Shown piece after piece: positions 1-7,839 of a DNA stretch of 64,000 nt. The stretch spans positions 128,001 to 192,000 of the forward strand of contig JANRKS010000001.1 of the NCBI GenBank assembly GCA_033763315.1, in the 5' to 3' direction. Source of the DNA: Deltaproteobacteria bacterium (GTDB taxonomy: Bacteria; Myxococcota_A; Polyangia; Fen-1088). How positions within the stretch are numbered: the first letter of the stretch is position 1; each line of letters starts with the position of its first letter. A model generated the notes under the pieces. That model was given only the letters and a program-made list of their open reading frames with translations, did no database searches and was not told the DNA's origin. Both the position numbers and the translations under genes were made by a program.

Positions 1-158
1 CGATCGAGCCTCAAGATGCCGTGGCAGCGGGGTTGCTCGATGTTCCTCACAGCGATCCAATCGATCGAATGTTGATCGTCCAGTCACATCGGGTTCGTGC
101 GCCAATTGTGACCTGCGATGCGGCCATAACTAAGTTTGCTCTGGCCACGGTCTGGTAG
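1..158 (+). CDS. vapC: PIN-domain (VapC-type) toxin, 3' part only (cut by the window edge)
   Basis: Hand translation from nt 3: IEPQDAVAAGLLDVPHSDPIDRMLIVQSHRVRAPIVTCDAAITKFALATVW*. It matches the HxDPFDRMLIAQA...lvTxD C-terminal PIN signature. Not in the ORF track. Confidence 0.85.
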   Translation, partial: IEPQDAVAAGLLDVPHSDPIDRMLIVQSHRVRAPIVTCDAAITKFALATVW

Positions 159-164
159 TTGACC

Positions 165-392
165 TCAAGTGCGATCACGAAGTTTGGCTCCCGCTCGGTC
201 CATCTCTTTCGCAAGCTCAAGCGCTCTCATGAATACCTCCCACCGCTGTGCCGGCGTGCGCGCCAGATTCTGCGCCAACAGCGTTCGATCCACGTGCTTC
301 TTGTAGGCTTCGATTACGGGGTCGGGCTCCAGGCCGTGACGGCGCAAAATCGCTGCGTCTGGATATTCAACCGGTTCATCCTCGGAAGGCAT
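165..392 (-). CDS. small helical hypothetical protein, putative antitoxin-like
   Basis: ~75 aa with DPVIEAYKKHVDRTLLAQNLARTPAQR, resembling (from memory) small partners of nucleotidyltransferase genes. Start at 392 or 395. Confidence 0.55.
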   Translation of the reverse strand: MPSEDEPVEYPDAAILRRHGLEPDPVIEAYKKHVDRTLLAQNLARTPAQRWEVFMRALELAKEMDRAGAKLRDRT

Positions 393-428
393 CACGTTCA
401 AGCGTACCCTGCTGTAAGTCCTATTGCT

Positions 429-809
429 TCAAGTCGTCAGCAACAACGCTCGCGTTCCTGCTGTTTCGAGCAGTTGACGCAGGTCATCTGGGTCGCTCGT
501 AATCAGCGTATCGCCATCTTTAACCAAACCTGACAACAGCGCATCGACCACGTCGGTAGAACCCGTGCGCGCCAAAAGCGCGCCAGCGCGGCGGGCGGCG
601 GCTTCGTCTGGGGCATTGACATTGGTGGCAGCAAGCAACCTCGCAATCAGCACTTGCCGCGAGCCACCGCGCCAAACCTGCGCCACAACCGGCGCTGAAG
701 TCACGACATCCATGCCCATTCTTCGAGCGGCCTCGAGCCGAGCCCGCAACAAGACGTCTCCACGCTCGAAGGCAATAAAAGCTCCAGCGTCGAGAACCAT
801 CCGACTCAT
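429..809 (-). CDS. vapC: PIN-domain VapC toxin
   Basis: N-terminal VLDAG, plus DVVDA and TSDPDDL acidic PIN motifs. 4-nt overlap with the upstream small gene. Confidence 0.85.
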   Translation of the reverse strand: MSRMVLDAGAFIAFERGDVLLRARLEAARRMGMDVVTSAPVVAQVWRGGSRQVLIARLLAATNVNAPDEAAARRAGALLARTGSTDVVDALLSGLVKDGDTLITSDPDDLRQLLETAGTRALLLTT

Positions 810-1066
810 GGTTTGCGGCGCCTTGGCTTGGAGCCCTTGGTCTTGCCGGAAAGTTCAGATTGAGCCTGAACCACAAGCTCCTCGTCCAGTGCACCAAAGC
901 GAAGGTCTGCTTCGGCCAGCGCTCGCTCAAGAGCTGCCATGCGAATCTCGTGGCCAATCGCTTGTGCAACGATGGTGGAAACGGTGGTTCCTCTTGCCTC
1001 GGCCAGTGCACGCAACGCCGCGCCGACGCCGGCCGGTACCGTTACACTTAGACGATCTACGCTCAT
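806..1066 (-). CDS. ribbon-helix-helix antitoxin (VapB-like)
   Basis: MSVDRLSVTVP...ALRALAEARGTTVSTIVAQAI fits an RHH fold. Translationally coupled to the PIN gene. Confidence 0.75.
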   Translation of the reverse strand: MSVDRLSVTVPAGVGAALRALAEARGTTVSTIVAQAIGHEIRMAALERALAEADLRFGALDEELVVQAQSELSGKTKGSKPRRRKP

Positions 1067-1086
1067 GCCACTCCAGTATGGCATAC
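1065..1086. promoter_or_regulatory. probable TA operator/promoter
   Basis: Inverted repeat ATGCCA-N8-TGGCAT and palindrome GTATG-G-CATAC overlapping a minus-strand TG-n-CATACT -10 element. Confidence 0.45.
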
Positions 1087-1283
1087 GCGAATATTATTCA
1101 AACATCCAAGCGCCCCCCTGGAGGATCAGAGATACCCTGCACTGACCGTCTCGAATCGGCACGCAGTGCGTCGCCTAAGCGGTTATGGACTGTCTTTTGG
1201 ATGTCCTTTGGATACACTCAGCTTTCGCCTATACCTAAATGCGCCTTTTAATGAGGTGCCCTGGCCAGCCTTCGGAGGAATCC

Positions 1284-2471
1284 ATGAAGTTCACTACCCT
1301 AAATAAGAACGTTGCTATTTTCGCTGTTTCGGCCCTTTTCGCCGGTGTTTACGCCTGTGGAGGCGGAGGCGGAGGCGGTTCCGGAGGCAGCGGTGGCGAT
1401 TCCGGGGGAGCCGGCGGCGAAGCTGGCGACGACGGCAGTTCAGGTGGCAAGGGCGGCACCGCCTCAGGCGGCAAGGGCGGCAGTGGCGGTAAAGGGGGCA
1501 GCGGCAGTGGTGGCACCGGCGGCGATGCTGGCAGCGGCAACGGGGGAAGCGGCGGCGCGATGGGTGGTTCGCCTGGCACGGGTGGGTCGGTTACCCCTGG
1601 AGACGCTCCGGCTTTCTGTAAGGACAACAAGTTTTGGGTGGGATCGACGGACGGTATCCACGACCAGGTTGCCTTGAATTCATCGACCGGTGGCAACCCG
1701 GTTACGGCTGGTGCGCCCACGGGCAAAACAGAAACGGCTGACGGATTCTCCGGCGTCTGGGTTCCCGCTCAGTACGAGCAAGCTGCTGCTGGCAGCGTGG
1801 CGGTCGTCATCCTCGGTGGTGGATATACGGTCGACATTCTCAATGCAGCGTCCACCTATGCTCGGGTGTTGATCCACAACAAGCTAATGCCTGTCACCAT
1901 CCTTGCAAGACCGACGGTGACGAGCCCTGCGGCTTTCAAGAGCAACATCGCCGCCATGATCAATACGCTCAAAACCAAGTACAGCAAACTCTCTTCCGAC
2001 CCGAAGATGAGGGCAGTCTCGGGTCAAAGTACAACGGGCGCCGAAGCCTTTGACGTGGTTTGGGACAATCCCACCATAGTGGGCGGTGTCATCGGGCACA
2101 GTGCCAGCTTCGCTGGTTTTATGGCCAAGTACCCCTATGATGAGATGATCAAGGGTGCGGCAAAGAAAGACATCCGAGTGTCTCTTCTGGTCGGCAACTG
2201 CGACATCTTCAAGTCATTGGCTGACCGCATCACTGCTGGTTGCCCCTCCGGATCGGACGCTGGTGCTGTAGATGCCTACCAGGCGGTGCCAACGACATGG
2301 TTGGAAACTAACACGGCAGTTGCCAATGAACTCAAAGCGAAAGGTACACCCAACCAACTCCTCATTACCGGAACCAAAGAGATGCCCAAAGGCCACGAGA
2401 CAGGAAACTGGACCTCTCAGCTCTACAACCAGTTCCGTTGGATTTTCCGCCACAACATCTGCGGGTCGTGA
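1284..2471 (+). CDS. lipoprotein with Gly-rich linker and enterochelin-esterase-like alpha/beta hydrolase domain
   Basis: GGAGGA RBS, lipobox VYAC, long Gly/Ser linker, WVPAQY, nucleophile-like SGQSTTG, GNCD and C-terminal GH. Confidence 0.65.
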   Translation: MKFTTLNKNVAIFAVSALFAGVYACGGGGGGGSGGSGGDSGGAGGEAGDDGSSGGKGGTASGGKGGSGGKGGSGSGGTGGDAGSGNGGSGGAMGGSPGTGGSVTPGDAPAFCKDNKFWVGSTDGIHDQVALNSSTGGNPVTAGAPTGKTETADGFSGVWVPAQYEQAAAGSVAVVILGGGYTVDILNAASTYARVLIHNKLMPVTILARPTVTSPAAFKSNIAAMINTLKTKYSKLSSDPKMRAVSGQSTTGAEAFDVVWDNPTIVGGVIGHSASFAGFMAKYPYDEMIKGAAKKDIRVSLLVGNCDIFKSLADRITAGCPSGSDAGAVDAYQAVPTTWLETNTAVANELKAKGTPNQLLITGTKEMPKGHETGNWTSQLYNQFRWIFRHNICGS

Positions 2472-2533
2472 TCGGGGGGCGAGTTCCCAACGGCTCGACG
2501 AAGCCGGCTGCTCCGTCTTCCGCGAACGACCTA

Positions 2534-2586
2534 GCCGTAACTTACGGCGGTTCAATGTTGGGCCAAGTAACATGGCCCAACATTGA
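2534..2586. terminator. tandem hairpins between convergent genes (possible bidirectional terminator)
   Basis: GCCGTAA-C-TTACGGC (2534-2548) and a perfect 14-bp stem TCAATGTTGGGCCA-N7-TGGCCCAACATTGA (2552-2586). Confidence 0.6.
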
Positions 2587-2609
2587 TTCGGGACCTGACG
2601 TTCCGTATT

Positions 2610-4700
2610 TCAACGACAGAGCTGAACCTTGGTCACACAGTCCGACAACACGCCGTCATCACAAACGCACCTAGTTGCCTGTTGCCCGCACGCCGGCAAG
2701 GGTTCCAGTTTACTCCAGAGGCCTGCGTAGCCGTTCAAAGTGCAGTGCTCTTCCATCGCGGAGCACGGCGAGACTGAGCATTTTTTGCAGTAAGCTGTGG
2801 TGCATTCCGAAATCGGTGTTTTCTCTGGCCCATTGCTGCAGTTCCAATCGAAGCTCCCGCACTTGTTGGGCACATCCATGAACAAAATCTTGAGTTGAAC
2901 ATCCCGGTAGGAAGCTGGATCGATATCGCAGCAGTCACTGCCGATGGTGACGTAGCCAGAAGGGGACGAAGTCCCGCAAAAACTTTCGCCGACCAATGCT
3001 CCCTGTCCATCTCCGTCTTGGTCGCGGTAAAAAGTTGTGCATTGACCGCTGATACAATCACCGGGTGCGCTGCACGGCTGCCCATTCTTTGCGAGACACG
3101 CGCCTGCAGGCGAACAGCTCTTCGTCCCACTACACGTGCCCGGATCCTCTGCATTCGTAACGGGCTTGCACGTGCCGGTGCTGCACTCCAAACAGCTGCC
3201 ACTGCACGCTTGGTTGCAACACTTGCCGTCCGCGCAGAAGTTGCTGCCGCACTCGCCTGGCCGGCCGCACATCGCAGCTGCACCTTTTTTAGGTTTGCAT
3301 GTGTTGCCGTCGCAGTAAGCGCCCGCGGCGCAATCACCGTCCGCCCCGCAGGTTAATTTGCACTGCTTCGTTGCAGCGTCGCACTTTCCGGGCACGCAGT
3401 CAGTTGTCATCGCCGCCAAGCAGGTGCCAGCTCCATCGCATTTTCGGGCGGCCGTTTGCGTGGTGCCCGTGCACATTTGAGCAGCGCAATCCGTTCCCGC
3501 TGCAAAGAATTCGCATTGCCGCGCGCCATCGCAGCGGCCTGTGGTTCCGCAGCTGCTGGCCGATTGCACCGTGCACTCAGCCTGGATACCTTTGCTTGCA
3601 GGAATCGGTATGCACTCGCCGTTGTTGCCGCCGGTGATGTTCGCGCTGCAGGCTTCACAAACGCCGTCGCATTTTGAGCCGCAACATACGCCATCGATGC
3701 AAAAGCCAGGGCTCGTGCATTCGCTGTTGCCATTGCACGAATCACCAAGTGCCCGCTTGCCGCCGCATTTGCCGTTGATGCACTGGACGCCGGCCGAGCA
3801 GTCGTTGTTGCCGACGCATCCCGTTTTGCATCCTTGCGGCGTGCAGGCGTATTCGCCGCACTTGCTTGGTGACGCCGCTTGGCAGCTGCCTGTGCCATTG
3901 CACTTTTGTGCAGGCACGTAGTCGCCGCCGGTGCACGTGGCCGCCACACACTCGTTTGTGCTGTCCCAGAAGCTGCATTTACCTGCGCCATTGCACATGC
4001 CCGTTGTGCCGCAGGTCTTCGCGTCCTTCGTCTCGCATTTGGCATGCGCAACACCTGACTTCGTCGGAGCGCACTGCCCCGTTGTGCTTCCTGTCTTGTC
4101 AAAAGTACACGCCATGCACACGCCATCACACGTGTTATCACAGCACACGCCATCAGCGCAGTGGCCCTCGGTGCATTGATCGTCGCGCACACACGCTTCG
4201 CCGCGAGATAATCCTGTAGCGGTTGGATCCGCGTCTGGCCCCATCGGTTGCGAACCGTCGTGCTCCTCGACTGCGCCACCGTCGCCTTCGTTGACCGAAA
4301 CCGGAGCATCCGGGTTGTCTGCCCTAGGGTCTAAATCGATATCGAACTTCGTGCAGCCTTCGTCCAAGGTGACGTTGACCGCACGGTCTTTGGCCAACAC
4401 CATGTCTCCGGCGCGAGCGCTTACAAGCGCCTTGATGACCCCGCCCTGCTGGTAGCCCGACACGTTGACCTCCACCTTGTAGGCGCCTGGGCAAGCCAAC
4501 GAAAAGTTGGTGCTTCGCTTCTGCCCCGCTAGCCCTTCCAGATCAACGGTGCCCGTGATGTTGTCGAGGGCGGCAGCGCAACTGAAGCTCAACAAAACCG
4601 TGCCAGGGTTGCAGGTGCGGACTTCTGCGTCCTTTGAGCAGCCTGCGGCCACAAGACACAAAAACAAACCAAGCAAAGCGATATTCTTGAGTGTCGTCAT
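2610..4700 (-). CDS. Cys-rich repeat lipoprotein (myxobacterial type)
   Basis: Lipobox AAGC; repeated CxDGVCCxxxCxGxCxxC units; C-terminal YRDQDGDGQG...DCCD and FDWNC putative metal-binding motif. Confidence 0.85.
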   Translation of the reverse strand: MTTLKNIALLGLFLCLVAAGCSKDAEVRTCNPGTVLLSFSCAAALDNITGTVDLEGLAGQKRSTNFSLACPGAYKVEVNVSGYQQGGVIKALVSARAGDMVLAKDRAVNVTLDEGCTKFDIDLDPRADNPDAPVSVNEGDGGAVEEHDGSQPMGPDADPTATGLSRGEACVRDDQCTEGHCADGVCCDNTCDGVCMACTFDKTGSTTGQCAPTKSGVAHAKCETKDAKTCGTTGMCNGAGKCSFWDSTNECVAATCTGGDYVPAQKCNGTGSCQAASPSKCGEYACTPQGCKTGCVGNNDCSAGVQCINGKCGGKRALGDSCNGNSECTSPGFCIDGVCCGSKCDGVCEACSANITGGNNGECIPIPASKGIQAECTVQSASSCGTTGRCDGARQCEFFAAGTDCAAQMCTGTTQTAARKCDGAGTCLAAMTTDCVPGKCDAATKQCKLTCGADGDCAAGAYCDGNTCKPKKGAAAMCGRPGECGSNFCADGKCCNQACSGSCLECSTGTCKPVTNAEDPGTCSGTKSCSPAGACLAKNGQPCSAPGDCISGQCTTFYRDQDGDGQGALVGESFCGTSSPSGYVTIGSDCCDIDPASYRDVQLKILFMDVPNKCGSFDWNCSNGPEKTPISECTTAYCKKCSVSPCSAMEEHCTLNGYAGLWSKLEPLPACGQQATRCVCDDGVLSDCVTKVQLCR

Positions 4701-4714
4701 CTCTCACCAATTGA

Positions 4715-4754
4715 AGCAGTGCGCCTGGTATCTTATCCGCCACTTGCGCCATGT
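4715..4754 (+). repeat. 40-bp direct repeat, left copy
   Basis: AGCAGTGCGCCTGGTATCTTATCCGCCACTTGCGCCATGT; 39/40 identical to 5636-5675. Confidence 0.95.
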
Positions 4755-4839
4755 CTAGCGGCGTCAGTCCGTTCCGCCGCGCAAGGAACCGATCGTGCGT
4801 GAAATGGAACTGCCCTGCGCGTGAAATCTCTCGGCCAGC

Positions 4840-4882
4840 GCATCAGAATGCCTATTTGATGTTTTGATGCTAAATTGAACAA
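4840..4882 (+). promoter_or_regulatory. vapBC promoter/operator, probably leaderless
   Basis: GCATCA...TGATGC inverted repeat (4840-4870); extended -10 TG-C-TAAATT ends 6 nt before ATG 4883; no Shine-Dalgarno. Confidence 0.55.
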
Positions 4883-5122
4883 ATGCGAACAACGCTGGCC
4901 ATCGATGACGATGTTTTTGCCGTGGCGCGTCAAAAAGCTCAGCGGGAGCACATCTCTGTTGGCGCGGCACTATCCCAGCTGGCGCGTGAAGGTATTCGAA
5001 ACCAGCATGCTGCGTTGTCGAAGATGAAGGCACCCAAAAGCAAGTTCGCGCTTTTGCCAGCCCGCGATGAAACCATCACCACCGAACACGTACGTAGCCT
5101 AATGGATCAGGAAGGTATCTAA
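4883..5122 (+). CDS. vapB: VapB-type antitoxin
   Basis: MRTTLAIDDDV N-terminus typical of VapB/CopG antitoxins, directly upstream of a PIN gene. Confidence 0.88.
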   Translation: MRTTLAIDDDVFAVARQKAQREHISVGAALSQLAREGIRNQHAALSKMKAPKSKFALLPARDETITTEHVRSLMDQEGI

Positions 5123-5123
5123 G

Positions 5124-5555
5124 GTGCGCCACCTGTTGGACGTTAACGTTTGGGTCGCGCTGCTTGATGAGGCGCACGTTCATCACGCGTTAGCTCTAGC
5201 ATTCATCGAGAAACCAAGCTTGAGGATCGCCACGTGCCCTCTAGTTGAAAACGGCGTGGTCCGCGTGCTGAATCTGCCCGGATATAGTGTCTACGGGCCG
5301 GTGGGATTTGAGCGTGTTCGCAGCAAGCTTAACGAGATTTGTGCTGCTTATGATCATGAATTTTGGCCTGACAGTGTGTCGCTGCGTGATGAGCGCGTGT
5401 TCAACTGGTCCAGGATTTCGGGGCACAATCAAATCACTGATGCTTATATCTTGGCTCTTGCCGTGGCCCATGATGGTTGCCTCGTAACTCTCGATCATCG
5501 AGTGGCGCTCAGCACTGTGATTCCGGCCAGTTCTAAGAATTTGCTGTTGCTTTGA
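5124..5555 (+). CDS. vapC: VapC PIN ribonuclease toxin
   Basis: LLDVNVWVAL...HVHH, TCPLVENG, QITDAYILALA, LVTLD. Confidence 0.92.
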   Translation: MRHLLDVNVWVALLDEAHVHHALALAFIEKPSLRIATCPLVENGVVRVLNLPGYSVYGPVGFERVRSKLNEICAAYDHEFWPDSVSLRDERVFNWSRISGHNQITDAYILALAVAHDGCLVTLDHRVALSTVIPASSKNLLLL

Positions 5556-5635
5556 GCGTGGCGTCTCTGTCCGCGGATGAAGCGGTGCGCCCACTCTGGG
5601 CGTAACACCAGCCTCGTTTTTTTTTCGCCGTTTGG

Positions 5636-5675
5636 AGCAGTGCGCCTGGTATCTTACCCGCCACTTGCGCCATGT
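5636..5675 (+). repeat. 40-bp direct repeat, right copy (contains the ATG of the next gene)
   Basis: AGCAGTGCGCCTGGTATCTTACCCGCCACTTGCGCCATGT; ATG at 5672. Confidence 0.95.
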
Positions 5676-6538
5676 TCACTTCCATCTTTAAGTCGCAAAT
5701 CTATTCCACGCTTCGCCTCCGCATTTTTGGCGTGGCTTGCGCGTTTCACGCCTTGCTTCTTGCCGTGTGCATAGCTGCACCGGCGGCCGCCGCGCCCAAG
5801 AAGGAGCTCAAAAGAGATCCCAAAGAGGACGAAGCCGAGCAGCTGATTCAACAGGGAATCAAACTGCGACGGGTGGGGCGCGATGATGCGGCTCTTGAAC
5901 GATTTGATCGCGCCTTCAATCTGGTTCCATCACCGCGCGCCGCCGCCCAAAAAGGCCTGTGCTTGCAGGCGTTGGGGCGTTTCACCGAGGCTGAAGATCT
6001 TTTGGCCAATTCATTGGAAGGCGATGGCGATCCGTGGGTTCAGAAGAATCGAAGCACAATCAAAGACTCACTTGAAGATGTGAAGACGAAGATCGGGCGC
6101 TTCGAGATCTCAGGTACACCGCTTGGCGCTCAAGTGCTTGTTGATGGCCGCGTGGTGGGGCAGCTGCCTTTGCAGGGCATGGTTCGCATCAACGCAGGAC
6201 CCGCAACGCTTGAAGTGCAGGCCGACGGCTACATCGCGGAACGCAACAACCTTGCGGTGGAAGGCGCCAGCTTTCGCCGGCTTGAGTTTCGCTTGAAGAA
6301 GGACGTTGCATTGGTTGCCGCACCCCTTCCTGCCAACGAGGGCACAGCTGAAGCTGGCGCGCTCTCGGTGCGCGCCGAACCCATAGATTCCGATGCAGAA
6401 GGAAAGCCCGTTTATAAGAAGGCTTGGTTTTGGGGTGTGGTTGGTGCAACCGTCGTCGCGGGCGTGGTGGCGGCCGTGCTTCTATCGGGGGGCCAGTCGG
6501 CTAGCGGGCCCATGGCCAACGAAAAGTTGGACCTTTAG
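5672..6538 (+). CDS. TPR + PEGA domain exported protein with C-terminal membrane anchor
   Basis: Signal-like N-terminus; TPR-like helices; PEGA motif GAQVLVDGRVVGQLP; PVYKKAWFWGVVGA TM segment. Confidence 0.85.
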   Translation: MFTSIFKSQIYSTLRLRIFGVACAFHALLLAVCIAAPAAAAPKKELKRDPKEDEAEQLIQQGIKLRRVGRDDAALERFDRAFNLVPSPRAAAQKGLCLQALGRFTEAEDLLANSLEGDGDPWVQKNRSTIKDSLEDVKTKIGRFEISGTPLGAQVLVDGRVVGQLPLQGMVRINAGPATLEVQADGYIAERNNLAVEGASFRRLEFRLKKDVALVAAPLPANEGTAEAGALSVRAEPIDSDAEGKPVYKKAWFWGVVGATVVAGVVAAVLLSGGQSASGPMANEKLDL

Positions 6539-6551
6539 TTCTTAACTCTCT

Positions 6552-6794
6552 TTGGGCGTGAAGGCGTTGTTGATTCATCTTCCCGCTGGAACGTTCGAGC
6601 TGCGCAAAGCGCAGGGGGCCACCAAGCCCGCCTTCGTTAAAGCCCTTTTGGATCACGGTGCCGATCCCAACCTTGTGGGGGCGGATGGTTTAAGGCCGCT
6701 GGATTACGCTTATGAAAACAAGCAGTCGGCTGAGAAGATCGCGTTGTTGATCGAGCGAGGCGCCAAGACGAAAAAGTATGCAGAGCCCCTCTGA
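6552..6794 (+). pseudogene. ankyrin-repeat protein fragment
   Basis: VKALLDHGADPN...GLRPLDYA...IALLIERGA; only about 1.5 repeats and no convincing start. Confidence 0.55.
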
Positions 6795-7221
6795 TGCCGA
6801 GATCGAGCGGTTGCGGCAAAACGAGGGGAGCATTCTTGGCCAGGGGCGCTTTTCTGAGATGGGCAAGCGTCGGTGCAAGCTGTCAGTCAGCGTTCCCAAC
6901 GGCTCAACGTTCATCGCAGGCAGTGAAGAGTGGAGCATGCAACTTGGCACCCCCATGACCATCACGGCGCGGTGTTTGGAGGGCCGCGTGTTTCATTGGG
7001 CGTTGCTCACTGGTGGGATTCTGCTTCCCAAAGGCATCAACAACGCCATGATCGATGGCGTCACCGAAGTCACCATCACGATCGTCAAGCCCGTGTCAAG
7101 CGTGCCGCTGGTGTTTTTTGTGTCAGACCGAAGCGTTATGAACCTTGCCGCCGCTGTGGAAAAGGGCGATGCCAAACCTGCCGGCATGCGCGTGGTGACA
7201 GCAGGCAACGCCGCGAACTAA
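6778..7221 (+). CDS. hypothetical protein
   Basis: 147-aa ORF overlapping the ankyrin fragment; no motif recognised. Confidence 0.4.
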   Translation: MQSPSDAEIERLRQNEGSILGQGRFSEMGKRRCKLSVSVPNGSTFIAGSEEWSMQLGTPMTITARCLEGRVFHWALLTGGILLPKGINNAMIDGVTEVTITIVKPVSSVPLVFFVSDRSVMNLAAAVEKGDAKPAGMRVVTAGNAAN

Positions 7222-7277
7222 GTGCGCACGGTCAGCGATCTGACTTGGTGGAAATGTGGCGGTGGCGTTCGGCATGT

Positions 7278-7637
7278 TCATCGTGGCAACGAGTTTGCGA
7301 AGTCTGCAAAGGGGATGAACTCGACGTCGCGTCGCTGCAATCTTCGCTGGCCTTGAAACACCACGATCTTCCTAGTAATGGCAGCGCGTTGGGACAACGC
7401 TTTCATCCCACTGGCTCAAAAGCTCGTGGGTTCGGCTCCCGACTTAACCTCAATCGCCCATGGTTCGTCATCAATTGTAAGGACGAAGTCGATTTCAGCG
7501 TCGTGGCGCGTGCGAAAGTGAAAGACCTTCGCGTCGGGCCCCGCACGACGGTGCAACTCGAAGGCGACGAGGTGTTCCAACAGAATGCCCCGGTCGTCCG
7601 GCGCGATCGCGGGTAATATGCCGGCATTCTTACCCAC
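7278..7637 (-). pseudogene. remnant C-terminal domain of an AAA+ ATPase/DUF4143 protein
   Basis: GILLEHLVAFEL...FHFRTRHDAEIDFVL...AIEVKSG, then in-frame TGA (7416-7418), then ASGMKALSQ...RKIVVFQG...VEFIPFADF*. The ATPase part is absent. Confidence 0.75.
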
Positions 7638-7839
7638 GCAAAGGAATGAAGCAGTGCGACAGTACGGCTAGTGGCGCCTCGGGGACGGTTATGCGCGTTC
7701 GCCGAGAGGAGTCGCAGTCGAGGGATTCGTCAGGGCTCCTACATGCGGTCAGGGTGTGGGTCAAGTAGCGGCTGGCGTGCCCCGTGCACGGGTGAGGCCG
7801 TCCCCTTGACGAGGCCACGTGGCGTGGGATGTATCCGTG

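Noticed and set aside
1357-1590. GGC-rich tandem-like DNA repeat
   Set aside because: Explained by the Gly/Ser protein linker; synonymous positions vary.
2700-4200. Internal DNA repeats in the Cys-rich gene as a variable or DGR-type region
   Set aside because: Degenerate protein-level Cys repeats, with no adenine-specific template/variable pair and no reverse transcriptase.
5617-5625. T9 homopolymer as a phase-variation tract
   Set aside because: Intergenic, short and downstream of a small hairpin after vapC; more likely terminator-related.
7416-7418. Selenocysteine or recoded TGA in the DUF4143 remnant
   Set aside because: The position is not catalytic, the gene also lacks its N-terminal ATPase, and TGA is a normal stop elsewhere in the window. 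Pseudogenisation is simpler.
1-7820. Integron cassette array explaining the TA cluster
   Set aside because: Genes lie in mixed orientations, no RYYYAAC...GTTRRRY attC palindromes were found at the junctions, and there is no intI.
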